Counted from the first letter of the stretch, positions 1 to 7,234 are shown. The stretch is DNA of 13,505 bases from an uncultured Deinococcales bacterium (GCA_964244895.1 CAXTKV010000027.1:22769-36273); one strand, 5' to 3'. The notes: a model not told the origin generated them from the letters alone. Numbers and translations are program-made.

Positions 1-578
1 TCGGCGGGCGTTGCGGTCGTGCTCGAGTCGGCTGGTGCAGCCGTGCTCGGCGTGGTCGCAGCGTTGGTATCGGTCGGCGCGGCAGTCGAGGCGCTGGTGT
101 CCGCGCTGGGCGCGTCGTTCAGGCCATCCACCTTCAACTCGACCGCGCCCGTCCCAGGCGTCACGGCCATGTTGTCTTTTTCAACCTGAAGCCCGCTCTG
201 GCGCAACAGGTTGTCCAGCGTGATCACGCCCTCCGGGCTGAGGATGAACACGCGCCCGTTGGAAGGCGTGACGATCACGCGGTACAACCGTGCGTCCGTC
301 TTGTCGCCCTGCGCGACCGTGACGCGCAAGAAGCGCGCCTGCGCGGCGTTGTCGGCGGCCATCAGATCGCTCAGGTCACCGCCGCCGCTCAGGTCGGCGA
401 TCGAGAGCGGCGTGCTCGAGTCGGTGGGTTGCTGGTCGAAGAGTTCCAGCGTGATGGCGGCATCGGATTGCGTTTCCTGCGCGTAAGCGGCGGACGCGAT
501 GGGAAGCGCGACCCAGGCGGCAATGCCGACGGACAGGGCAATGCTCAGGATGGCGGCTTTCGAGAATCGTTGTTTCAT
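1..578 (-). CDS. Secreted hypothetical protein, 3' end outside the window. Sec signal peptide, small globular region, then an Ala/Thr/Ser/Pro/Asp-rich tract.
   Basis: Not in the ORF track because it has no stop in the window. ATG at 578 with GGAGGT RBS at 583-588. Translates MKQRFSKAAILSIALSVGIAAWVALPIASAAYA|QETQSDAAITLELFDQQP...ARFLRVTVAQGDKTDARLYRVIV...SADTSASTAAPTDTNAATTPSTAAPADSSTTATP and is open to position 1. It has a basic n-region, a hydrophobic h-region and an AYA cleavage motif. Confidence 0.85.
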   Translation of the reverse strand, partial: MKQRFSKAAILSIALSVGIAAWVALPIASAAYAQETQSDAAITLELFDQQPTDSSTPLSIADLSGGGDLSDLMAADNAAQARFLRVTVAQGDKTDARLYRVIVTPSNGRVFILSPEGVITLDNLLRQSGLQVEKDNMAVTPGTGAVELKVDGLNDAPSADTSASTAAPTDTNAATTPSTAAPADSSTTATPA

Positions 579-1043
579 GTTGACCTCCATTGATGAAGTG
601 CCGTGCGTGGGCGGGTTTGAGAAAGCGACGCGGTTTTTTGCGTTCTGAATCTGGCACACGCGGCGAACCTGAACCCTGAACCCGGTCAGGCTCGAGCGGT
701 GTGCTGTCGGCGAAGAAAAAGTCTCGAGTGCCAAACGAATGGGATAGAAACTGATCTGAACGCCTGACGGTTCTGCCCATCGAGTCATTCAGCCCGCGAC
801 GATTTGTTTCGATCCTGTGCCGGATTTGTGGAGCTTTGGTGAAGATGATTTGAAGATTTCACGAAGCGCTCGCGCCCGCCCTGGACGGACGCGTTGCATT
901 CCGATTCGTTTAGCGCGGTGCCGCGCGGGGAGGCTCATCCGACTTTGGTTTCTCCAGATTCGCGTTGCAGTCTCGTTCACTGCGACCGCGAGGCTCGCTT
1001 ATCTTCGGTCGCGTCCCGAAATGCTCGAGCCTCTTTTCTCGTT

Positions 1044-1069
1044 GTCATCCTGAACTTTGTTCAGGATCT
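1044..1069. repeat. Isolated REP-like palindrome GTCATCCTGAAC-TTT-GTTCAGGATCT
   Basis: Perfect 9-bp inverted repeat ATCCTGAAC (1047-1055) / GTTCAGGAT (1059-1067) with a 3-nt loop, preceded by GTC. Only one copy in the window. Confidence 0.45.
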
Positions 1070-1244
1070 TTCGCCGTCGCGCGGTGCGCGAAATCAACCA
1101 GGCAACGGCGAAAAACCCCCAATGCAAATGCGAACGATCATCAATTTGGCTCGAGCGCGGCGTTTCTGACGGCGCATTCTCGAGCGAGTCAAAATTCGCT
1201 CCGAGGCGTCTCGAGAATCGGCTCGAATTGAACGGCATGCCATC

Positions 1245-1293
1245 AAAAACAACGTCCAGTACGCACGTTTCATTTCGTTTACTGGACGTTGTT
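1245..1293 (-). terminator. Probable intrinsic terminator of the lipoprotein gene, built from a doublet of the intergenic repeat family
   Basis: Perfect 14-bp inverted repeat AACAACGTCCAGTA (1248-1261) / TACTGGACGTTGTT (1280-1293). It begins 7 nt after the stop at 1301 and ends in a T run on the minus strand. Confidence 0.7.
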
Positions 1294-1300
1294 CCGGTAT

Positions 1301-2863
1301 TCAGGGCGCAATCTGAAGGCTGCTCAGTCCGCCCGGCAGGTCGCTGCCCAGCGTCAACCACAGCTCGTTTGAACCGGAACGGACGCTGGCAAAATACCCG
1401 GAGTCGGCGGTCAGCGCCGCGCCGTTCAACTTCACGCTGGATGGCGCGTTGGCGCTCGAGTAGCCGCGCAGCACCATCACGGGCCGCTCGAGCGTCTTGC
1501 CCGCCGGGACGTTGAAGTTCAGCGTGGCGCTGCCGCCCGCGTTCAGGCTCGCCTCCCAGGTGCCGTAGACGTGGTCGTACCCGACGGGGCTGTAGTTGAC
1601 CGTGTCGGTTCGTCCGACCCCGGCGATGCCGCTGGTCGCGACGCTCGCGCCGGTGGCGCTCAGGGTCGTGTCATTGATGACTTTCATCTGCGCGGACAGG
1701 CTTTTGGTGGGGTTGCCCGCGTGCGCGTCCAGCACGATGAAGGTGCTGTAGCTGCGCTTGGGGAAGCTGCCTGCGGTATTGGCGTACTTGTTGTTGATCG
1801 GCGTGTAGACGCTCTGTCCCAGGTAGCCCCAGTCCGCGCCCCAGGCCAGGCGCTTGCTGCTGGTGGCCTCGTTGACGCCACCGAAGCTGTAATTGACGCT
1901 CTGGAACGACCACTGGTACAGGCACGGCATGGTGTGAACATCGCCCGCCTGAGCGCAGCTCTTGGTGGCGCTGGTCGCACCGCGAAGGCCGTCTGCGCCC
2001 TGGTAGCCTCCGGCGTCCTGCTTGGAGATCACGCGCGTCCCGACGATGCCCATTTCCGCATCCGCGCCCTGCGTGTAAAGCGCGTTGTAAGCCGCGCCCG
2101 AATTGACCTGCGACCAGTCCCAGCCGGAGTTGAGCGTCAACGGCCCGCCCGCGCTGGCGAAGTGGTGCGTGTCGCCCCACATCACGCCGCCGATCGCGTC
2201 GCCGCTCGAGCCGCTGAAGTCCATGTCGCCGTAGGGTGCGCGCGAATCCGCCACGACCTCGCCGTCGTTGGCGGCGGACAGATCCATCGTGACCGTCCAG
2301 AGGGGCTGATTGCGACCCGTGCTGAACAACCAGCGCACCGTCACCGGCATGTCGAATTGCTTGTTGGCTCCGCCGCGCACGCCCCAGCGCGGGTAGTTCA
2401 GCGTGTACTGGTAGATCAGGTGGTGCGTGCCCTGCCAGACCAGGCTCGAGGCGTTGTTCAACTCGCTGCCCAACGGTGAATCGTCGTTGCCGCCCGCGCG
2501 CCCCGGATCCTCGAGGTGCGAGACGATGTACCCGAAGCCCCTGGCATCCGCGCTGGCGTTGACCGTGCGGGTCGCGCCTCCGGCCAGTTTGTAAGTGGCC
2601 TGCTCCAGGAAGCCGCCCTTGCTGCCCGCCTGTGGCGTGCGCACCAGGGCCGCCGTGCGCGCTTGCCCGGACTTGTCGTACCAGGTCACGATGTCCGTTT
2701 TCAGACCGTTGGTGGTCTGATCGAGCGCCGCGTAGACGGCGTTGGCGGGCGTACCGGGCGGTGGGCTGGGCGGCGGTGGCGGCGGTGCGGGCGGCGTCGG
2801 TGTCGGGGTAGAGCAGGCAGCGGTCAGGGCGGCGGCGACTAACGGCAAGAAAATTTTTCTCAC
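1301..2863 (-). CDS. Uncharacterised lipoprotein (~520 aa) with a Pro-rich linker and a large Gly/Ser/Trp/Tyr-rich extracellular domain
   Basis: Long ORF 1301..2878. Start moved to GTG 2863, giving MRKIFLPLVAAALTAA|C (lipobox) followed by STPTPTPPAPPPPPPSPPPG. TACTTT lies 6 nt upstream of this GTG. No catalytic family recognised. Confidence 0.85.
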   Translation of the reverse strand: MRKIFLPLVAAALTAACSTPTPTPPAPPPPPPSPPPGTPANAVYAALDQTTNGLKTDIVTWYDKSGQARTAALVRTPQAGSKGGFLEQATYKLAGGATRTVNASADARGFGYIVSHLEDPGRAGGNDDSPLGSELNNASSLVWQGTHHLIYQYTLNYPRWGVRGGANKQFDMPVTVRWLFSTGRNQPLWTVTMDLSAANDGEVVADSRAPYGDMDFSGSSGDAIGGVMWGDTHHFASAGGPLTLNSGWDWSQVNSGAAYNALYTQGADAEMGIVGTRVISKQDAGGYQGADGLRGATSATKSCAQAGDVHTMPCLYQWSFQSVNYSFGGVNEATSSKRLAWGADWGYLGQSVYTPINNKYANTAGSFPKRSYSTFIVLDAHAGNPTKSLSAQMKVINDTTLSATGASVATSGIAGVGRTDTVNYSPVGYDHVYGTWEASLNAGGSATLNFNVPAGKTLERPVMVLRGYSSANAPSSVKLNGAALTADSGYFASVRSGSNELWLTLGSDLPGGLSSLQIAP

Positions 2864-2869
2864 CCCCTG

Positions 2870-2875
2870 AAAGTA
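2870..2875 (-). promoter_or_regulatory. Putative -10 box (TACTTT) of a leaderless transcript
   Basis: Minus strand reads gtgTACTTTcaggggGTG: TANNNT 6 nt before the start, with no properly spaced SD. Confidence 0.5.
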
Positions 2876-2937
2876 CACGATTCGCGGCGAGGTGCGATTC
2901 CGTTCCCGATCCGCGCGATACGGGCCGAGGTCACGAG

Positions 2938-2993
2938 AAGACCGTCCAGCACGGTACTGCTGAGGTCGTTAAAAGAGCGCCTGGGACGGTCTT
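2938..2993. repeat. Intergenic repeat doublet (REP/REPIN-like)
   Basis: AAGACCGTCC (2938-2947) / GGACGGTCTT (2984-2993) is a perfect 10-bp inverted repeat. The left copy contains the palindrome ACCGT-CCAGC-ACGGT (2941-2955). Confidence 0.8.
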
Positions 2994-3017
2994 TTGAACC
3001 ATTAATCCCGAAGGCCG

Positions 3018-3023
3018 TATGCT
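3018..3023 (+). promoter_or_regulatory. Putative -10 box (TATGCT) of a leaderless transcript
   Basis: TATGCT-cgagc-ATG(3029), with no SD visible. Confidence 0.5.
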
Positions 3024-3028
3024 CGAGC

Positions 3029-3718
3029 ATGACCTCAACCATTGAAAAACCTGTCACCGTTATTACCGGAGCCACCGGCGGCATCGGGCGAGCGCTGGCG
3101 GCGCGGCTCGAGCATCACCGATTGATCTTGCTCGGGCGGGATCAATTGCGGCTCGAGGAACTCGCAGCCGGCCTGCCGGACGCCGCTCCGGTGGCGCTCG
3201 AGTTGACGAAACCCGAAGCCTTCGAGCGCGCGCTGGCGGGTTTTTCCAGGATTGACCACCTGGTTCACAACGCGGGTGTGGGCATCCTGGGCAGCGTCCA
3301 GGACACGCTGCTGACCGAATGGCGCGAGGTCATGGAGGTCAACCTGTTCGCGGCGGTCGAACTGACGCGCGTCTGCCTGACGCGCCTTCGTGCCGCCAGA
3401 GGTCAGGTGCTGTTCGTCAATTCCGGCGCTGGGCTGCAATCGCACGCCGGATGGAGCGCGTATGCGGCCTCGAAGTTCGGGCTGCGCGCCTTCGCGGACG
3501 CATTGAATGCCGAGGAAGCCAGCCACGGCGTGCGCGTCATGACGGTCTTTCCGGGACGCACCGCGACCGCCATGCAGGAACGGGTTCGCGCCTTTGAAGG
3601 CGAACCGTACCAGCCCGAGAGCTATATTCAACCCGCGACGTTGGCCAACGCGATGGCGGTCATGCTCGAGACGCCCAGGGATTCGGTGCTGACGCAGGTG
3701 ATGGTCAACAGGCCCTGA
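3029..3718 (+). CDS. Short-chain dehydrogenase/reductase (SDR) family oxidoreductase
   Basis: TGATGGIG cofactor motif, HNAG, catalytic Ser region VNSGAG, YAASK (YxxxK) and PGRTAT; 229 aa. Confidence 0.95.
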   Translation: MTSTIEKPVTVITGATGGIGRALAARLEHHRLILLGRDQLRLEELAAGLPDAAPVALELTKPEAFERALAGFSRIDHLVHNAGVGILGSVQDTLLTEWREVMEVNLFAAVELTRVCLTRLRAARGQVLFVNSGAGLQSHAGWSAYAASKFGLRAFADALNAEEASHGVRVMTVFPGRTATAMQERVRAFEGEPYQPESYIQPATLANAMAVMLETPRDSVLTQVMVNRP

Positions 3719-3719
3719 T

Positions 3720-3765
3720 AAAGACCGTCCGGGTGGTGTCTTTTTCAAGTTTTAGACGGTGTTCT
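3720..3765. repeat. Degenerate intergenic repeat doublet, possibly also the SDR terminator
   Basis: AAAGACCGTCCGGG starts 2 nt after the stop. It contains an AAAGAC/GTCTTT stem plus T tract (3720-3745) and an inverted copy TAGACGGTGTTCT (3753-3765). Confidence 0.65.
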
Positions 3766-3829
3766 CGTCAGTCGTGCCTCGGGATCGGTCCTCTCGCGGT
3801 GTCACCTCGGCCAGGGCGTGGCGGTGTCC

Positions 3830-3849
3830 ATTCTGATACCAGATTGACA
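3830..3849 (+). promoter_or_regulatory. Imperfect palindrome ATTCTGATACCAGATT overlapping a consensus -35 TTGACA; possible operator/promoter of the Tat protein gene
   Basis: 12/16 self-complementary positions at 3830-3845 and TTGACA at 3844-3849. No good -10 at 17-nt spacing. Confidence 0.3.
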
Positions 3850-3948
3850 ATCGCCCCGCATCGTGTCCTTGAAACGCGTGGCGCCACGGGACAGATGCTG
3901 TGGGACGGGCGCTGAGCGACCAGAATTCAACGACCACTGGAGGAACAC

Positions 3949-4767
3949 ATGATTGATCGGCGCACGTTTCTCGGCATGACCACGACCAGTTTGATCGCCC
4001 CGGCGCTGACGGGCGCCCTCGGTGTTGCCAATACGGCATCGGCCAAGAGCCAAAATGCGGCTCCCACCAAAGACCAACTGATCGCGCAGATGACCGAATA
4101 CCTTGCCCAGGAGTTGAAAGATCAGCCCACGGCAGCCAGCGAGATTCCGTACATCGTGGATTTCGTGTTCACCTGGGCGCCACCCCAGATTGATGTCGCC
4201 AAGCTCGACCGGATCGTGGCTTACGCCTTCGGCAACCGCCCCAACGCGGCCAGCGGAAATACGCCCACCAACGGTGCGAACCAGGTGGCCCTGCCCGATC
4301 CCGGCCCGACCAACGGGTTGCTGGCCGACGCGGTGTACGCCGTCTACCAGCAGAAGAAGGTCAAGGTGTACGCGCAGTGGGAGATCGCCCGTTTCCTCAA
4401 GTCGAAGTACAACATGACCGACGCGGTTTCGATTGAACCGATCATCAACCCGGATGGCACCGTCACTTACCTCAGCACCGATGGCGTGGCTCAGGCGATC
4501 GTGGCGCTCGAGGGCGGCAAGGCCGAGAACATGGGCGTGGTCGGTGTGGTCGGCTTTCTGGATCACGTCAAGCGCTGCGTGCTGACCTCTCGCGGTCGGG
4601 GCATGAACGCCTACGCGCCCGCTGGTATTCAGATGCCCGGCAAATACGATGCGCTCTCCGGTCAGGCCTGGACCCGCCGCCGCGACCTGTACCTGCTTCA
4701 CGACATGGTGGCGCAACTGACCGTGCTGCGCGCCAACGCCATCGCTGCCGCGTACCCGAACGGCTAG
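3949..4767 (+). CDS. Tat-exported hypothetical protein, possibly a remote YdcF/DUF218-like alpha/beta domain
   Basis: GGAGGA RBS at 3939-3944. N-terminus MIDRRTFLGM carries a twin-arginine motif, then a hydrophobic stretch and ASA|K. Motif-like segments IVAYAFGNRP, YAQWEIA, YLSTDGV and DHVKRC. The fold is inferred, not shown. Confidence 0.85.
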   Translation: MIDRRTFLGMTTTSLIAPALTGALGVANTASAKSQNAAPTKDQLIAQMTEYLAQELKDQPTAASEIPYIVDFVFTWAPPQIDVAKLDRIVAYAFGNRPNAASGNTPTNGANQVALPDPGPTNGLLADAVYAVYQQKKVKVYAQWEIARFLKSKYNMTDAVSIEPIINPDGTVTYLSTDGVAQAIVALEGGKAENMGVVGVVGFLDHVKRCVLTSRGRGMNAYAPAGIQMPGKYDALSGQAWTRRRDLYLLHDMVAQLTVLRANAIAAAYPNG

Positions 4768-4800
4768 GCCGTCCTTCATAAGCCCGCGCCGGGTAATCAT

Positions 4801-4852
4801 AAGAACACCGTCCAGCACGGTGTTCTTTCGTTTGCGCGCTGGAGGGTGTTCT
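4801..4852. repeat. Best-conserved intergenic repeat doublet; likely terminator of the Tat protein gene
   Basis: AAGAACACCGT-CCAGC-ACGGTGTTCTT (4801-4827) forms a perfect 11-bp stem followed by T-rich sequence. The inverted copy CGCGCTGGAGGGTGTTCT (4835-4852) matches 4802-4819 at 16/18. Confidence 0.85.
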
Positions 4853-4921
4853 CGTTATCTCGGCGGGGTAATCGGTTCTCGAGGAGCCCGTCGGGCTCTT
4901 TCAAGCGCCCGCGTTCTCTCG

Positions 4922-4927
4922 TAGACT
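4922..4927 (+). promoter_or_regulatory. -10 box (TAGACT) of a leaderless paiB-operon transcript
   Basis: TAGACT-tcaacg-ATG(4934), with no SD. This is typical Deinococcota leaderless geometry. Confidence 0.6.
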
Positions 4928-4933
4928 TCAACG

Positions 4934-5533
4934 ATGTACATCCCGAAATTCAACCAGGTCACCGACGAACCGACGCTCTGGGCGCTGATGCGGGAATTCA
5001 ACTTCGCGCTGCTGATCTCGAGCCGGGATGACCTGCCCTTCGCCACGCCCGTGCCGTTCACGCTGGACGAACCGAACCGCAAGCTGTCCACGCACATCGC
5101 CAGGGCCAACCCGCAGTGGCAGCACTTATCCCCCGATCGGGATGCGCTGATCGTGTTTCAGGCCGAACACGCCCTGATCAGTCCGCGCTGGTACGAGCAC
5201 GCGCAGAGCGTCCCGACCTGGAATTACGCGACCGTTCACGTCTACGCCAGACCGCGCATCATGAGCCCCGAAGAATTGCGCGCGCAATTGGTGGGGCTGA
5301 TGGATCACCACGCGCACGCGGACTACATGGCGGGCTTGCCCGAGGAGTACCTGGCAGGCATGCAGAAGGGCATCGTCGGGCTGGAATTCACCGACGTGCG
5401 CCTGGAAGGAAAATTCAAGCTCTCGCAGAACAAGACCGCGCGCGATCAGCAGAGCGTGATCGACCACCTGGACGCGCAGGGCGAACTCGAGCGCGGTGTC
5501 GCGGCCCGGATGCGCGAGAATCGACCGGAATGA
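4934..5533 (+). CDS. paiB: PaiB family protein (annotated 'FMN-binding negative transcriptional regulator'; split barrel, heme-binding in characterised members)
   Basis: Family motifs MYIPKFN, HIARANPQW, ISPRWY, VPTWNYATVHVY and GKFKLSQNK; 199 aa. Confidence 0.92.
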   Translation: MYIPKFNQVTDEPTLWALMREFNFALLISSRDDLPFATPVPFTLDEPNRKLSTHIARANPQWQHLSPDRDALIVFQAEHALISPRWYEHAQSVPTWNYATVHVYARPRIMSPEELRAQLVGLMDHHAHADYMAGLPEEYLAGMQKGIVGLEFTDVRLEGKFKLSQNKTARDQQSVIDHLDAQGELERGVAARMRENRPE

Positions 5534-6231
5534 GATACCGCTTGCGGGTCGATCCGCGCATCGAGGAGCGCTTCCCCGGTTACGCCGTGACCGTGGTGTA
5601 CGCGTCAAACCTTCAGAACACCGTCAGCGACGAGGCCAGCCTGCGATCCCTGCGCGAAGCCGAGGCGCGCGCCCGCGCGGAATTCTCGGGTCTGAAACCC
5701 AGCGATCACCCGCACATCGCCGCCTGGCGTGAGGCGTACCAGAATTTCGGATTGAAACCCTCGAAGTTCCTGTGCTCCGCCGAAGCCCTGATTGCCAGGG
5801 TGCTGAAGGGCGCCGAACTGCCCGCAATCAACGCGCTGGTGGATCGTTACAACGCCGTCAGCGTTCGCCACGTTATTCCGGTCGGCGGCGAGGATTGGGA
5901 CAGGCTGGCGAGCGATCTGATATTGACCTTCGCGGACGGCACCGAACCCTTCGAGACGATGGCGCAAGGCCAGCTCGTGACCGACCACCCGATCCCCGAC
6001 GAGGTCGTCTGGAAGGACGCGGCGGGCGTGACCTGCCGCGCCTGGAACTGGCGGCAGTGCCTGCGCACGCGCCTGACGGAAGCCACCACCAGCGCCTACT
6101 TCGTGCTGGAACGCCTGGAGCCGTACCCGCTCGAGCAACTGCGAACCGCCGTCAACGAACTGGAAATGCAGCTGCGCGAGACATCGCCCAACGTCGTCAT
6201 CGAACGCGAACACTTCGGAGGGGCGTCGTGA
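5530..6231 (+). CDS. Stand-alone B3/B4 (PheRS-beta editing-like) domain protein
   Basis: ATG 5530 overlaps the paiB stop (ATGA). Motifs HIAAWREAYQNFGLKPSKFLCSAEAL, LPAINALVDRYNAVS, PVGGEDWD and EVVWKDAAGVTCRAWNWRQC; 233 aa. Confidence 0.92.
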   Translation: MRYRLRVDPRIEERFPGYAVTVVYASNLQNTVSDEASLRSLREAEARARAEFSGLKPSDHPHIAAWREAYQNFGLKPSKFLCSAEALIARVLKGAELPAINALVDRYNAVSVRHVIPVGGEDWDRLASDLILTFADGTEPFETMAQGQLVTDHPIPDEVVWKDAAGVTCRAWNWRQCLRTRLTEATTSAYFVLERLEPYPLEQLRTAVNELEMQLRETSPNVVIEREHFGGAS

Positions 6232-6857
6232 AACTGGAACCCGTCAGGCTGACCGGGAATCTCGCGCGGCTCGAGCCGCTTTCGTTGGATCACGTTCATG
6301 CGCTACTGGAAGCCGCGAGTGAACCACGTGACACCTACAACTGGACCCGCGTGCCGGATTCGCTCGAGACGATGCACGAGTTTGTGCAAACCGCGCTGGA
6401 CAGCCTGTCCAAAAACGCGATGCTGCCGTTCGCCACGCTGGACGCGCGCACCAACCGGGTCGTGGGCAGCACGCGCTTTTTGAACATCGAATTCTGGCCG
6501 TGGCCCGCTGGCGCGGCGCTCGAGCGCACGGACGGCACGCCGGATGTCGCGGAGATCGGTTCGACCTGGTTGGCGCGCGACGCGCAGCGCAGCGGTATCA
6601 ACACCGAAGCCAAACTGCTGATGCTCGAGTACGCGTTTAAGGACTGGAAGGTGCGCTGCGTGCGCCTGAAAACCGACGCGCGCAACCAGCGATCCCGCGA
6701 TGCGATCCTGCGGTTGGGCGCGAATTTTGACGGCATCCTGCGCGCGCACATGCCCGCATCGGACGGCGCGGTGCGCGACAGCGCGTACTACAGCATCCTG
6801 GCCTCCGAATGGCCGGACGTGAAATCCAGGCTCGAGGGATTTCTGAAGCGCAGCTAA
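6228..6857 (+). CDS. GNAT family N-acetyltransferase (RimJ/RimL-like)
   Basis: GTG 6228 overlaps the upstream stop (GTGA), with SD GGAGGGG at 6217-6223. Motifs VVGSTRF, EIGSTWL, QRSGINTEAKLLML, KTDARNQRSRDAILRLGA and RDSAYYSILASEWP; 209 aa. Confidence 0.92.
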   Translation: MKLEPVRLTGNLARLEPLSLDHVHALLEAASEPRDTYNWTRVPDSLETMHEFVQTALDSLSKNAMLPFATLDARTNRVVGSTRFLNIEFWPWPAGAALERTDGTPDVAEIGSTWLARDAQRSGINTEAKLLMLEYAFKDWKVRCVRLKTDARNQRSRDAILRLGANFDGILRAHMPASDGAVRDSAYYSILASEWPDVKSRLEGFLKRS

Positions 6858-6860
6858 GGG

Positions 6861-6918
6861 GAGACCGTGCAGTACGCACAATGTGCGGATCGCAAAAACA
6901 CCGTGCAGCACGGTGTTT
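6861..6918. repeat. Intergenic repeat doublet between convergent genes; probable bidirectional terminator
   Basis: GAGACCGTGCAGTACG (6861-6876), then the perfect palindrome AAACACCGTGC-A-GCACGGTGTTT (6896-6918), which overlaps the SMR stop codon. Confidence 0.8.
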
Positions 6919-7234
6919 ACCCGTTGCCGGATCGGAGCAGGAACGTACCGACCAACACGAGACCCGCACCCAACAGCTTGGCCATCGTCAACCCTTCCCG
7001 GAAGAACGTCACGCCCAGACCGAAAGCGATCACCGCCTCGAGCCCCAGCACCACCAGGTACGTCACGCTGAGCGCCGTGCCGCGCATGGCGAGTCCCTGC
7101 AGGGCTGCACCCGCCGCGAACAGCGCGAACACGATCACGCTCGGCCAGAAGCGGGTCAGGCCGTCCGCGTACTTCATCGCCACACCGCCGGAAGCGAACG
7201 ACGCGGCAGCCACCACGACCATCAACGAGTACAC
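6917..7234 (-). CDS. SMR/DMT family small membrane transporter, atypical (no TM1 glutamate)
   Basis: GTG 7234 lies 7 nt after GGAGGT; an alternative ATG is at 7222. 105 aa with four hydrophobic helices. MKYADGLTRFWPSV aligns with EmrE MKFSEGFTRLWPSV, and TM4 has the G-x6-G dimerisation motif. Confidence 0.88.
   Translation of the reverse strand: MYSLMVVVAAASFASGGVAMKYADGLTRFWPSVIVFALFAAGAALQGLAMRGTALSVTYLVVLGLEAVIAFGLGVTFFREGLTMAKLLGAGLVLVGTFLLRSGNG

Noticed and set aside
665..690. GAACCT-GAACCCT-GAACCC short tandem repeat
   Set aside because: Only three imperfect copies with a 6-7 nt period, not helically phased and with no adjacent -10. It could be chance.
789..1361. Small ORFs in the 590-1300 spacer
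   Set aside because: They overlap one another, lack SD or leaderless -10 support, and have no protein-like composition.
2755..2810. GGC/GGT-rich repetitive tract
   Set aside because: It simply encodes the poly-Pro linker of the lipoprotein.
2864..2878. YFQG at the ORF-track N-terminus resembling a TEV site or cloning artefact
   Set aside because: Upstream codons read RIV, not ENL. The segment is the probable -10 region, and the many XhoI sites are spread through native genes.
1571..4818. Shadow ORFs 1571..2479 (+), 3035..3748 (-) and 3802..4818 (-)
   Set aside because: Each overlaps a better-supported gene on the opposite strand.
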